Origin: a virus
IMG/VR virus record: IMGVR_UViG_3300009702_000026
Location: 1,718 to 65,717 of that record
DNA length: 64,000 nucleotides
Strand: one strand, 5' to 3'
In this document: piece by piece, positions 1 to 9,531 of the stretch
Position numbering within the stretch: position 1 is the stretch's first letter
How the letters are laid out: every line of letters starts with the position of its first letter
Translations under genes and position numbers: made by a program
The notes under the pieces: model-generated
The model's database searches: none
Seen by the model: the letters and a program-made list of their open reading frames with translations, nothing else
What the model was told of the DNA's origin: nothing

Positions 1-417
1 CTCCGGTGGTAGTCCGATGCGCTTATGCCTGTGCTCGATCAGCTCGTTGCAACTGCCAAGGGTAAGATCGACGTTGAGTTTTGGCGCTCAGCCTACAAGA
101 ACGGAGGAGGCTCAGGCGGCCCCTTCGTCAACGGTTGGGTCAACACCCTCTTTCCGTTCCTCCCTCACCCGCGGGAGGGCAGCGTGCGCAACCCTTACGT
201 GATCACGCTGTCGGAGACCGGGCGGATGCCACACCAAGGCCCCTGCTACTCCGGCTTCCCCGAGGGTCTGGTGAGCGTTGACTGCGAGTGGAAGGACCTC
301 GGGCGCAAACGAGACCTACAGTTCCACGGGGGGCTCCTGGGAATCTCTCAGGCTGAGGACCTCACCCTGCGTGCTGAATGCGGCTGGGCACTGTCCGAGA
401 AGATCGAGTGCGGTTGA
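1..417 (+). CDS. C-terminal part of DUF4419-like protein (probably starts before the window; in-frame TAG at 10-12)
   Basis: LxPVLDQ...FWRSAYK...SGGPFVNGWVNTLFP matches my recollection of the DUF4419 C-terminal motif. ATG at 25 has no clear SD. Confidence 0.55.
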
Positions 418-442
418 CGGTCAAGGGGAAACGTGCTAGACC
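414..442 (+). promoter_or_regulatory. sigma70-like promoter
   Basis: TTGACG(414-419)-17 nt-TAGACC(437-442), with TG before the -10, in the intergenic gap. Confidence 0.5.
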
Positions 443-481
443 GGCTCCGAAGTGGGAAGCGTCCCGCTAGGAGCTGAGCCT

Positions 482-1687
482 ATGTCTGATCTGATCCCCG
501 TTCCTACCCTCGATGACTTCAAGCGCGCGTCTAGGCGCGCGTTCAAGGCGTGGGAGGCTGGCGAGCCGGTCCACCGGCAGATGGCAGTGATCCGCCTCAT
601 GAGCGCCATCGTCGCCTGCGAGGGGGACCTCCCCGAGACGACATGGTTTGCTGACTGCCTCGACCCCGAGCACCCCGCCTATGAGGGGTTTTCCCGCATA
701 TGGGGGAACCGAGCGCTCGACCTGCGGGGCACCGACTCCTGGCTCAATGCAGCCCTGCACTACTCCGCGCTGCGACAGCTCGGCGTAGCCCAGTCGCCGA
801 CCTGGTTCAGCCTCTCCGAAGCGCTCGCGCTGCGACTGCTCACCACGGAGATCCGAGGCGTCTACGCGCAGGACGTGAAGACCCCGTTCGAGGGGTTCTT
901 GATCGAGTTGCCGCCCAGGCTCCTGTGGTGGGACCACGCGGAGACGGGGCGCCATGAGGTCCGGTCGATCTCCGTCGTTGAAGGTCACTGCAAGCCCGCC
1001 ATGACGCGCTACTCCGACGTCGCCCAGCACCCGGGGCGCAGGCTGTTCGTCATGTGCTACTGCGAGCCCAACCAGCACAGCGTCGATCCCGCCGACGACA
1101 ATCTTGCCTACCTATCCGTTCCGCTCTTCGACGGCTCGATGACCGTCGAGGAGATGTTCGCGCTGGACCGCGCGTCCGTCGAGGCCCGAGGGGACCATCG
1201 GGTCCTCGCACACGACAGCGACATCAACGGGCGCTTTGGTGGCATCGAGCTGACCAACCGCCAACTACGCGAACTGGTCAGGCAGTTCGTGGTCAACGTC
1301 CTGCTCTACCTCAGCTCCCCCAATGCGGACGTCATCCACGTGAACGAGGAGAGGGCCCGAAAGATCCGGAAGCAGAAGGCCAAGAGCAAGAAGGCCCGCG
1401 AGCAGCGCAAGCGGCGCGTCCAGGCCGTGCTCGCGGAGCGGAGCTGGCTCGTCGGCTCTCGGGTGCTGATCGACCACAACCTGAAGCGAGCCGTCTCGGA
1501 GGGTCGAGGACAGGGTGGAAAGCTGAGGTTCAAGAGCCTCGTGCGCGGACACTGGCGCAACCAGGCCTACGGTCCGAAGTGGAGCCTGCGGAAGGTCCTC
1601 TGGATCGAGCCGCACGTGCGGGGCGGCGAGCTGGAGGGTCCGTTGCTCGGGCACCAGTACGACGTGCAGGGGAAGAAGACCCGATGA
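482..1687 (+). CDS. phage hypothetical protein with C-terminal RGHWRNQxYGP motif
   Basis: ~400-aa ORF, GGAG before ATG 482. VRGHWRNQAYGP...WIEPHVRG is a motif recurrent in phage hypotheticals. Confidence 0.7.
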   Translation: MSDLIPVPTLDDFKRASRRAFKAWEAGEPVHRQMAVIRLMSAIVACEGDLPETTWFADCLDPEHPAYEGFSRIWGNRALDLRGTDSWLNAALHYSALRQLGVAQSPTWFSLSEALALRLLTTEIRGVYAQDVKTPFEGFLIELPPRLLWWDHAETGRHEVRSISVVEGHCKPAMTRYSDVAQHPGRRLFVMCYCEPNQHSVDPADDNLAYLSVPLFDGSMTVEEMFALDRASVEARGDHRVLAHDSDINGRFGGIELTNRQLRELVRQFVVNVLLYLSSPNADVIHVNEERARKIRKQKAKSKKAREQRKRRVQAVLAERSWLVGSRVLIDHNLKRAVSEGRGQGGKLRFKSLVRGHWRNQAYGPKWSLRKVLWIEPHVRGGELEGPLLGHQYDVQGKKTR

Positions 1688-1721
1688 GCGGACCGGGCAA
1701 GCCCCGGCGAAGGAGATCGAG

Positions 1722-1946
1722 ATGACGAAGGAAGAGGTCGGCCCGACGGGGGAGTTTCCCAAGGGCAAGATGAACGCGCACGACGAAGGGGAGCTGGTGC
1801 TGAGAGTCGGACGCACCGAGGAGGGTAAGGTCGTCCTGGAGTTCGGGAAGTCGATCGCCTGGCTGGGGATGGACCCCGAGGATGCGAAGGCCCTCGCCGA
1901 AAGCCTCGTGACCCACGCCGCCGAAGCTGAGAAGATGCGCGGATGA
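1722..1946 (+). CDS. hypothetical protein
   Basis: AAGGAG SD, 74 aa, coupled to next gene (ATGA). Confidence 0.7.
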   Translation: MTKEEVGPTGEFPKGKMNAHDEGELVLRVGRTEEGKVVLEFGKSIAWLGMDPEDAKALAESLVTHAAEAEKMRG

Positions 1947-2296
1947 GCAACATCACTCAGTACATCAACCGCGTCGTCATCGACTCCGAGTCCAGGGAGT
2001 GGTCGGAGCGCGAAGGGAAACTGTTCCTCGATCGCTCCGTCATGATTGGGGACAGCATCCTCCTGGAGTCCAGCGATGAGCAGTCCTGGAGGAGCCGTCG
2101 AATCCTGGTCGGTCCGGGAGGGGAGGCCCATCTCTACCTCCACCCCGATTGTCTGAGACTGACTACGATCGAGGCATGGGAGCCCCCGGAGAGCACCGAG
2201 GGGCCCCTGTCCAGCATCGAGGATCTGAGGAGGCAGATGGTCGAGGCGAAGGCGAGGATCAAGCGGATAGAGGAAGCTCTCGACAAGTACACGTAG
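1943..2296 (+). CDS. hypothetical protein with C-terminal coiled coil
   Basis: 117 aa, ATGA overlap, typical codon usage. Confidence 0.7.
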   Translation: MSNITQYINRVVIDSESREWSEREGKLFLDRSVMIGDSILLESSDEQSWRSRRILVGPGGEAHLYLHPDCLRLTTIEAWEPPESTEGPLSSIEDLRRQMVEAKARIKRIEEALDKYT

Positions 2297-2361
2297 TACG
2301 CGGGCTCGAACTTGCCTGAGGGGGGCTCCACGGGTCAGGATGAGGTAGCAGGAGATCGACC

Positions 2362-3402
2362 ATGGCCCGCACCTTCGCCCGACCTGATGAGCAGATCCGC
2401 AACTCGGACGTCTATGACGACACGATTGCTGCCGGGCTCACCATGGAGACCGGCGCGACGTCGATCGAGGACGACCTCAACAACCTCCGCTCGCAGTTGA
2501 AGCGCCTGAGTGGGGAGGTAAACTGGCACGACCCCCTGAGCGGCAACGACCTGCTCACCACGAGCACCAGCGTCGGCTCGCTGAACACGAAGGGGATGCT
2601 GTTCCGCACGCAGGTCCTCACTGATATCACGGTGACCGCTGCACAGAACTGGGAGGTGCTGAGCGTGTCCGGGTCGGAAACTCCGACGGAGACGGCAGCG
2701 GTTGGTGCGGTCACGACCTCGGGGGCGGTCGTCGCTGCTCACGGCGGCACGTTCGGTACGCACTCGCTGGCAGTCGTCGCAGGTCTGAACGCCCTTCGTC
2801 CAGTCAACCTCTGCGTCGTGCGCGATGCGGCGACCGGGCAGCCGATTCAGAGCGGTGGCAAGGGCATCTGGGCGCTCCTCCAGTCGGAGATCGCTACGGA
2901 CAGCCACACCTTCAACGACACGACTCAGCGCGTGCAGTTGAGTTTTGTGATCGAGAACACGACTGGCGATGGCCTCCTGGCTTGTCCAGTGGGGGACATC
3001 GCAGGCGCGACGATCAACTACTCCTATGTTCGGCGCCTGGACTGGTCGAGCGTGCCCGAGAGCGCGTTCCTCGATGGCATCTTCGTGGACCAGGCGGCGG
3101 CTTCGGCGAGCGCACGGGTCACGAAGGTCTTCGCGAACGTCATCGCGAACGTCAACGCAGACACGGACGTGGGCGGGTCAGGGGGCGGTACCAACCTCGA
3201 CGTGCAGTTGCCGGACCTGAGCACGGGAGCGTTCCTCGCCGACTACGACGTGTACCTCAACGGCGAGCTGTTGCGCCCCGGCGCCGACGCGACCGCCAAC
3301 AACGACTACTACCCCGGCACCTCGTTGGCGCTCGGTCAGTTGAAGTTCGAGTTCAAACTCAAGGCGAACAAGGACGTGATCGCCGTGGTAGCCTACGCCT
3401 GA
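2362..3402 (+). CDS. putative virion structural protein (fibre/decoration-like)
   Basis: AGGAG SD; T/G/A/V-rich beta-type composition; YDVYLNGELL...DYYP motif typical of tail/baseplate-associated beta domains. Confidence 0.6.
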   Translation: MARTFARPDEQIRNSDVYDDTIAAGLTMETGATSIEDDLNNLRSQLKRLSGEVNWHDPLSGNDLLTTSTSVGSLNTKGMLFRTQVLTDITVTAAQNWEVLSVSGSETPTETAAVGAVTTSGAVVAAHGGTFGTHSLAVVAGLNALRPVNLCVVRDAATGQPIQSGGKGIWALLQSEIATDSHTFNDTTQRVQLSFVIENTTGDGLLACPVGDIAGATINYSYVRRLDWSSVPESAFLDGIFVDQAAASASARVTKVFANVIANVNADTDVGGSGGGTNLDVQLPDLSTGAFLADYDVYLNGELLRPGADATANNDYYPGTSLALGQLKFEFKLKANKDVIAVVAYA

Positions 3403-3875
3403 TGGAGCGCACAGAGATCAAGATGAGCACAGCCTCGACCATCGGGTCGAAGCTGGAGGACATGGCGGAGGCCGCTCAGGGGGTCGCACACCGGCTGGAG
3501 GGGGCCCACGGCGCACTAGTACGAGCGGGCCAACAGATGGAGGCGTTGCTCGCGTCCGCGGACACGCAAGTGGATGCAGGGGAACTCGGGCTCGACGAAG
3601 CGAGGCTCGTGAAGGTCACGGTGACCAAGTGCATCGCGGTGACGGCTCAAGCCGCACGCGAGGCGTTGCAGCAATCCCTCGGCGCCAATGGTCGAGTCGC
3701 TGGATTGCGATCTGCGGTCGCGGCGACGAAGGTGATCTACGACGCCGAAGCCTCTAGGCTGAGGGGTAACTCGGAAGGCACTGCTCACGGTAGGCGGCAA
3801 GCCGGCGTTCGTCCCGTGTCGAAGCTGGCGGAGAGGCGAGCGGAGGCGGAAGCGGCGAAGGCGGAGAAGCTATGA
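3402..3875 (+). CDS. Ala-rich helical hypothetical protein
   Basis: TGATG coupling at 3402 (alternative ATG 3423); lies within the longer ORF 2982-3875. Confidence 0.65.
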   Translation: MERTEIKMSTASTIGSKLEDMAEAAQGVAHRLEGAHGALVRAGQQMEALLASADTQVDAGELGLDEARLVKVTVTKCIAVTAQAAREALQQSLGANGRVAGLRSAVAATKVIYDAEASRLRGNSEGTAHGRRQAGVRPVSKLAERRAEAEAAKAEKL

Positions 3876-4159
3876 GCACCCGCGACGAGGTCGTCAGCGA
3901 CCTGTTGATGCTGGATCAAACTCCCGAGGGCCCTCCGGCAGAGGAGGGCCTCGTTCGGCTCGTCAGCGGCGACCTGGTGGCCTTCGTTGGAGGACAGGTG
4001 AGGAGCCTCACGCAGCAAGGAGGGGGTGCTCTCCCGCCTGCGACTCAGGTGGGACAGGTGTTGTTTTCCGCTGACGGCACCTCGTTCACCGTGGAAGTTC
4101 CCATCACGAGCTGTGACGGGTGGCTTGTGAATGACGACGGCGTGCTATTGGTGGTGTGA
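3872..4159 (+). CDS. small putative structural protein
   Basis: 95 aa, ATGA coupling, Gly/Val-rich. Confidence 0.6.
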   Translation: MSTRDEVVSDLLMLDQTPEGPPAEEGLVRLVSGDLVAFVGGQVRSLTQQGGGALPPATQVGQVLFSADGTSFTVEVPITSCDGWLVNDDGVLLVV

Positions 4160-4362
4160 TGCTGATCGACCGCGGACAAGAAGGCGAGATGCTCCTGACG
4201 CACTCGGGGCAGACCTCGGGCTGCACGTTGGTGCTCACGTTGGGGGACGAAACGCAGTTCGAGTCGCAGCGTGATGGTGTGGTGCAGATCAGACTGAAGC
4301 GCGAAGACGTGCTGAGGGTCATGCAAACTCTTGCAGCCATGCTTCGGGAGGGTCAGCCATGA
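4156..4362 (+). CDS. hypothetical protein
   Basis: 68 aa, coupled on both sides. Confidence 0.55.
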   Translation: MMLIDRGQEGEMLLTHSGQTSGCTLVLTLGDETQFESQRDGVVQIRLKREDVLRVMQTLAAMLREGQP

Positions 4363-4979
4363 CCGTAGCGCGGCATAAGGATCAAGGGCCGAACGAGGGC
4401 ATCCACGTCATCCACAACTGGGATGTCGCGGACGCTACGGCCCGACTCGCGCTGAGCGTAGTTGCGGCTGACGTTGGCAAGGTTGCGTACCAGCAGTCCG
4501 ACGCGACCTTCTGGGTTCTCGCATCGGTTACCCCTGTCACTTGGGCAGAGATCACGGCGGGCGGCGCGGCGGCTCCGGTCTTCGGAACCGAGTTTGTGAA
4601 GGCCGAGGCCCCCGGAGGTTCAACCACGACGAGCACCGCGTGGCAGACCAAGGCGACGCTGAACGTCCCGGCTGTGATCGGAGGTACATACCGCGTAGGA
4701 ATCAACTACGTCTGGAACCACGATAGTAGGACTAACGACTTCGAGGGTCGTGTTCAGGTTGACGGCGTAACGCAAGGTGAGATCCACAAGCAAGAGCCGA
4801 AGGACGCGGCGGGGGCTGACCCATCTGGAACGACGCAACGCTACCTCGCATCACGAGTTCTCTATCTCACGCTATCCCCCGGCGCTGCGCCCGTGATCAC
4901 TGTGGACTGGCGAACGGACAGCGGCGGAAACGCCTCCACAATCTACGACGCGACGGTTGAGTTCTGGAGGGTCGCGTGA
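4359..4979 (+). CDS. putative fibre/receptor-binding-type structural protein
   Basis: N-terminal ADATARLAL...DVGKVAYQQSDATFWVL fibre-like motif; C-terminal beta-sandwich-like domain resembling that of the next gene. Confidence 0.6.
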   Translation: MTVARHKDQGPNEGIHVIHNWDVADATARLALSVVAADVGKVAYQQSDATFWVLASVTPVTWAEITAGGAAAPVFGTEFVKAEAPGGSTTTSTAWQTKATLNVPAVIGGTYRVGINYVWNHDSRTNDFEGRVQVDGVTQGEIHKQEPKDAAGADPSGTTQRYLASRVLYLTLSPGAAPVITVDWRTDSGGNASTIYDATVEFWRVA

Positions 4980-5770
4980 ACTATTCCTACCCGTTGTCAG
5001 CCTTCACTTCCGTAGGTCAAGGGGTTCCCAACTTGACCCTGTTGACGTCGGAGATCGCAGTATCTTCCATCGCTTCTGCGCTTGACGGGATCAACCTTGA
5101 AGGCCCGACGTACACGTTCGTCTTCCTCGGTACGCTCACGTCGGCAGAGCAAACTACTCTGGACGGCATCGTAGCGGCTCACACGGGTGAGGCCACGCCA
5201 GCGGAGCAGTTCGCGGAGACGGCGCATACCGTGCCTCCATCGGTGCTTGATGGCGCCTCGCAGGGGTACGTCTTGGGGTCACGGTGGTTCGTGGGATCGG
5301 ATCTGTACGTCTGCACCGACACAACTTCCAGGGCTGCGGTCTGGGTTCGCACCACTGTGCCGAGGTTTGAGCCGGAGCGATTCTATTCGGAAGTCCCCAA
5401 GCCCAATACGCACACGTCGACCTCGATGCTCGCGGCCAACACGCTCAACGCCACGGTCGAGGGCGGGACGTACTCGCTCGACTGGTACTACGAGTGGGCT
5501 CTAAACTACTACTACTATGCCTTCAAGGCCGAGGTTCTTGTGGACGGTGTAGTGGTCGCACGCCATGTTCAAAACCCATGGGATCTTGGAGGGGGAATAA
5601 GTGTGTCCGGAAGCCGGTCGGGTACGAACAAAATACATCCCGTGCAGGGTTTCTGGGAGGGGATGCTCTCGCCAGGTGCCCACACTATCAAGCTCCTTTT
5701 CGCGACGGGTAGCAGCTACTACCAAGCAACGGTCTACCAGTCGCGACTGAGACTCACGAGGGTCGGATGA
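4976..5770 (+). CDS. putative fibre-type structural protein (modular)
   Basis: N-terminus similar to 5767-6879, C-terminus similar to 4359-4979; contains GYVLGSRWFVGSDLYVCTD fibre-like motif. Confidence 0.6.
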   Translation: MNYSYPLSAFTSVGQGVPNLTLLTSEIAVSSIASALDGINLEGPTYTFVFLGTLTSAEQTTLDGIVAAHTGEATPAEQFAETAHTVPPSVLDGASQGYVLGSRWFVGSDLYVCTDTTSRAAVWVRTTVPRFEPERFYSEVPKPNTHTSTSMLAANTLNATVEGGTYSLDWYYEWALNYYYYAFKAEVLVDGVVVARHVQNPWDLGGGISVSGSRSGTNKIHPVQGFWEGMLSPGAHTIKLLFATGSSYYQATVYQSRLRLTRVG

Positions 5771-6879
5771 CGGACTACAGCTACCTACTAACGGATTTCA
5801 CGTCCCTCGATCCCTCAGTGACCGGGCCATCTTTGAGCCAGCTCACGCAGGAGATTCGGGACAGCGCCATCACTGTCGCGCTTGACCACCTGTACGGGGA
5901 CACTGTCGTCGTGTTCAAGGCCGCCCTGACGTCGCAGGAAAAGCTCCTTCTCGACCAGCTCGTGGCAGCACACACAGGACTCGGCATTCAGGACCCTACG
6001 AACGCAGCGGGCGTCCCCTACACGGTGCTTTCTGGCGACCAGAACGTGGTGCAGATCGCCGGGCGCAAGGGCTCCGACTTGATCGCCGCCACGCACAACT
6101 TCGCTGACTCCACAACATGGTTCCAGGCGAGCACGCGCACCACAGACACGCTCACGGACTCCGGTGACGGGCTGACCTTCAACGGCCACCACCCGAACTG
6201 GATCGACCTGACGCACGGCAAGTACCTCTACGAGCGCAACTTGGTTGCGGACGCCATCGCGGCGGGTGGCAACGGCTGGGCTGTCTCGGTCACAGTGGAT
6301 GGCGTGCCCAAGACGCAGCGTGCGCCTTTCGCCACGAGCGGCGGAGATTTCACGGTCGACTACGCGGCCGGGACCATCACCTTCGCAGCGGCGCAAACGG
6401 GCGTGGTCGTCGCGGAGTACAGCTACGCAGGGTCGAGCCAGTGGGAGCTGGTGCCGGACACAGGCAAGGAACTGGAGATCATCGACTCCGAGCTTCAGTT
6501 CTCGCTCGACGCACAGCTCCAGTCAGCCATCGTCTACGAGATCGTGGGTCCGGTGGAGGTGTTCGCTCCGACGCTCGCGGTGAGTAGCGGCGGCCCGCTG
6601 CCTGACGGGACGCTCATCCGGCTTGGCGGGAAAGATTACGACACCATCGATCAACTGATCGACGATGCGCGTGGCGCCTACCCGCAGATCCCTGCGATGC
6701 CCGGTCCTCGTGGGTTCACACAACCGCGCATCGGCTTCCCCTTCTGGTACGGCACGATCAACGAGCTGTACTCCAGCCAAGGAATGCGCCTGCGCGTGCG
6801 CCTTGAGAGCGATGTCCCCGTGCTCGGGGAGAGAGGGACGGGCACGATGTACTGTTTGAGCAAGACGGAGAGCACCTGA
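5767..6879 (+). CDS. putative virion structural protein
   Basis: 370 aa; DFTVDYAAGTITF motif typical of baseplate/tail proteins. Confidence 0.6.
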   Translation: MTDYSYLLTDFTSLDPSVTGPSLSQLTQEIRDSAITVALDHLYGDTVVVFKAALTSQEKLLLDQLVAAHTGLGIQDPTNAAGVPYTVLSGDQNVVQIAGRKGSDLIAATHNFADSTTWFQASTRTTDTLTDSGDGLTFNGHHPNWIDLTHGKYLYERNLVADAIAAGGNGWAVSVTVDGVPKTQRAPFATSGGDFTVDYAAGTITFAAAQTGVVVAEYSYAGSSQWELVPDTGKELEIIDSELQFSLDAQLQSAIVYEIVGPVEVFAPTLAVSSGGPLPDGTLIRLGGKDYDTIDQLIDDARGAYPQIPAMPGPRGFTQPRIGFPFWYGTINELYSSQGMRLRVRLESDVPVLGERGTGTMYCLSKTEST

Positions 6880-7271
6880 TGGTCTGGGAATACTACGCGA
6901 AGGTGCTGAAGGTCGTGGATGGGGACACCCTCGATCTGCGGGTGGACTTGGGGTTCACGGCATCCGTGGACATTCGTGTGCGGCTACACGGGATCAACAC
7001 CCCCGAGATTCACGGTGTGAAGCAGGAGAGCCTGGAGTACGCAGCGGGCCTTGCTGCCGAGAGCTTCGTGATCGACTGGCTCGTTGAGGCTGCCAAGGGC
7101 CTTGGGACAGTGCTCGATGCGCCCGTGCGCATCGTCTCCCATGACGGGGACAAGTTGCACACCGGGAAGTACGGTCGTTGGATCGCCGAGATCTACCGAG
7201 ATGGGGACCTTGTCAGCCTCAACGCTGCGCTGGTCGGAGCAGGACACGCGGAGCTTGTAGAGTACGGCTGA
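6879..7271 (+). CDS. thermonuclease (staphylococcal nuclease-like) family protein
   Basis: YxAKVLKVVDGDT...RVRLHGINTPE...GKYGRWIA signature. Confidence 0.85.
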   Translation: MVWEYYAKVLKVVDGDTLDLRVDLGFTASVDIRVRLHGINTPEIHGVKQESLEYAAGLAAESFVIDWLVEAAKGLGTVLDAPVRIVSHDGDKLHTGKYGRWIAEIYRDGDLVSLNAALVGAGHAELVEYG

Positions 7272-7300
7272 CCTCGGTCGTCTCCAGGCACCGCAGGGGC

Positions 7301-7364
7301 TTGACTATCCCCTGCTAGTTGGTACAAAAGGGGTCTTGATTCCGCATGGAGTGCGGGAAGGAGG
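7301..7364 (+). promoter_or_regulatory. sigma70-like promoter + 5' hairpin + SD (copy 1 of a repeated element)
   Basis: TTGACT(7301)-16-TACAAA(7323) preceded by TGG; hairpin 7340-7358; AAGGAGG 7358-7364; near-identical to 11517-11578. Confidence 0.75.
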
Positions 7365-7373
7365 ACGACCTCG

Positions 7374-7691
7374 ATGGAAAAGGTAGATGAGCACATGCAC
7401 CGAGCGGCTGAGGGCTTCCCGTGCCCGAGCTGCGGTTCGGTCCTCGATGCGGCAAGCGGTCCGAACGGTGCGGTTCCGCGGCCTGGAGATTTCTCGATCT
7501 GCGCTTACTGCGGCGTGACCCTTCGCTTCGAGGATCCGCTGCCGCAGACCCGCCTCGCGACCGACGAGGACCTCGCGGAGCTGGATGACGAAGGCCGGAA
7601 AGGCATGGAGCAGGCCCGCTCCCTCGTGGAAGACATGCGTGCAGTCCGAGCGATCAAGGACACCTTCATGAAGCACTTCGGGACGGAGTGA
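7374..7691 (+). CDS. small Zn-ribbon protein
   Basis: CPSCG...CAYCG, strong SD. Confidence 0.75.
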   Translation: MEKVDEHMHRAAEGFPCPSCGSVLDAASGPNGAVPRPGDFSICAYCGVTLRFEDPLPQTRLATDEDLAELDDEGRKGMEQARSLVEDMRAVRAIKDTFMKHFGTE

Positions 7692-8026
7692 TCATGGCCA
7701 AAGAGAACGAGCTTGAGGGTCGCAAGGCGAAGGTACGGCGAAGGCTGTCCACTGCGCTCACGGATATCGGGCGTCTGGTGTTCACCGTGCCCGAGGGCAA
7801 GGAGATCCGCGAGCTGGACATCGTCCGAGGCGTAGATCAGCTCGTCCAGTCCGAGAGGCGTCTCAGGAAGGCCCTCCAGCGGCTCCTAGACGCCCGCGTG
7901 TCCGGGACGGTGTCGGCTGAGGAGAAGGCCCAGGCGCGGGGCGAGGCGGCCCTCAGAGAGGGCTTCGCGGCTCAGAGAGAAGCTGCCGAGGCTCTCGCAA
8001 CATCCAGGAAGGAGCAGGTCGAATGA
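7688..8026 (+). CDS. hypothetical protein
   Basis: 112 aa, coupled overlap. Confidence 0.7.
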   Translation: MIMAKENELEGRKAKVRRRLSTALTDIGRLVFTVPEGKEIRELDIVRGVDQLVQSERRLRKALQRLLDARVSGTVSAEEKAQARGEAALREGFAAQREAAEALATSRKEQVE

Positions 8027-8388
8027 CGGGATGGAAGATCAGCGTGCCTGATGCGGTGCCCGAAGATCAATCCGCGCACCCTGCGGTAGCGCGCACGTAC
8101 TCATGCGCGGAGGAGCACAATCTCCGATACCCGGAGGGCTACGCCTGGGACTTGCTCTCAGCGCTCTGGTATGCCTACCAGGCGGCTGATTGCGACTCCC
8201 CGCAGGAGACCTTCTACAGTGAGACGATGGACAAGATCGACCCTCGTTGGGAGGACGACTGGGGACCGAACGAGGTGACCTGGGAGCCTGTCGAGAAGGA
8301 CGGCTCTACGACGGATGCGTCGATATATCCGCACACCCGAGAGATGCCCACGGCGTTCTTCGAGCGGCTGGATCGGATGCAGGGATGA
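8023..8388 (+). CDS. hypothetical protein
   Basis: 121 aa, ATGA overlaps on both sides. Confidence 0.7.
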   Translation: MTGWKISVPDAVPEDQSAHPAVARTYSCAEEHNLRYPEGYAWDLLSALWYAYQAADCDSPQETFYSETMDKIDPRWEDDWGPNEVTWEPVEKDGSTTDASIYPHTREMPTAFFERLDRMQG

Positions 8389-8723
8389 GGGTCGGGGCGA
8401 GGGTCGGGGCGATCTGCGGCACCGACGAGTCGACCAAGACGGTCGAGATCTTCGGCTTCGGGGTCTACGAGGGCGACCACGTGGCCGGTGCGGGGGACCC
8501 GATGCCGGTAGGCTGGGTCGCCGACATGATGCAGAAGTTCTCGCGCCCCAACCCCCGAATCCGGCTGGACAGTGGGAAGGTGGTCTGGGGCTGTGAGTGC
8601 TGGTGGGCCCCCGAGGAACAGGTCCAGAGAAAGCTGGAGCGCCTCAAGACGGAGGGCTACTCGGTGGTCGAGGTGGACATCGAGGCCGAGCGTGCGGCCT
8701 CGCAGGCCTCACAGACGGAGTAG
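8385..8723 (+). CDS. conserved phage hypothetical protein
   Basis: ATG 8385 overlaps the previous stop; FGFGVYEGD...NPRIRLDSGKVVWGCECWW motif. Confidence 0.7.
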   Translation: MRVGARVGAICGTDESTKTVEIFGFGVYEGDHVAGAGDPMPVGWVADMMQKFSRPNPRIRLDSGKVVWGCECWWAPEEQVQRKLERLKTEGYSVVEVDIEAERAASQASQTE

Positions 8724-8851
8724 CCGGGGAGAGGCTCGGTGCTCGATTCCATGAGCATCTCGGGCGAGGGTTCCCCGCAGAGGGCCTCCCATTCGTCGTC
8801 GGGGTGCGCGAGGTGGACGGGCCAGGTGAAGAGCTGAATGACGTTGGACAT
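8657..8851 (-). CDS. possible small Zn-binding protein on the opposite strand
   Basis: VHLAH...ALCG...CEAC pattern; fills the otherwise empty 8724-8908 gap; GAGAGGG upstream. Confidence 0.4.
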   Translation of the reverse strand: MSNVIQLFTWPVHLAHPDDEWEALCGEPSPEMLMESSTEPLPGYSVCEACEAARSASMSTSTTE

Positions 8852-8908
8852 GGAGAGACCCTCTCAGATCGATTCGAGGGGGTCCAAAAAACGACAAGGA
8901 CGCAGGCG

Positions 8909-9271
8909 ATGAAGTGGAAGACAGTAGGGCTCATCCCGAAGGACGGAATGGAGATCAAGGTCGATGACTACGAGATGACGCTGCGAGGTGCAGTGGGGAA
9001 AGCTGTCGTGATGGCTCTCCCTCCGTGCCTGTTCAAGGGAGGGGCTCCATTCCAGTCGGTGATCCGCCGAGCGCGAGCGATCGCTCAGGAGTCCACGGGG
9101 ATCGAGGATGTCCTAGCGGTCGAGGAGGGGATAGAGTTTCTTCGCCTGGTTCCCGTAGACTTGGACGAGAGGATCTCCAAAGCACTGGGGGAGTGCGACG
9201 CATGTTGCCTGAACGACGAGACGGATCGAAAGAGAGTCTTCGAGGCTCTCAAGTCAGCGCTGACCGAGTAG
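8909..9271 (+). CDS. hypothetical protein
   Basis: MKWKTVGL... start with AAGGA upstream; 3' part of ORF 8597-9271. Confidence 0.65.
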   Translation: MKWKTVGLIPKDGMEIKVDDYEMTLRGAVGKAVVMALPPCLFKGGAPFQSVIRRARAIAQESTGIEDVLAVEEGIEFLRLVPVDLDERISKALGECDACCLNDETDRKRVFEALKSALTE

Positions 9272-9279
9272 TGCCCGTG

Positions 9280-9522
9280 ATGATGGATGGCGGGTGCTAC
9301 GCCGACCTCAACGCCGACCAGACGGCCTGGTTGGAGCGGTGCTCCATCCACGTCGAAAGTCTTGATCTGCCTGACGGGGTCTGGCGCGTCACGGTGACGC
9401 AGGAGTCGGAGGTCCTGATGAGGGACATCGCTTACGGATCGACAGATGACACAGACGAGGCTGGGCGAAAGCTCGCTTACCGCGCAGCGCTCGCCTATTG
9501 CACCGGCCCGAGCGCCGGGTAG
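9280..9522 (+). CDS. hypothetical protein
   Basis: 3' part of ORF 9025-9522, directly after the previous stop. Confidence 0.55.
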   Translation: MMDGGCYADLNADQTAWLERCSIHVESLDLPDGVWRVTVTQESEVLMRDIAYGSTDDTDEAGRKLAYRAALAYCTGPSAG

Positions 9523-9531
9523 GGTTTCGAT

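Noticed and set aside
8597-8908. 5' extension of ORF 8597-9271
   Set aside because: Overlaps the upstream gene and reads as a shadow. The SD-supported start is at 8909.
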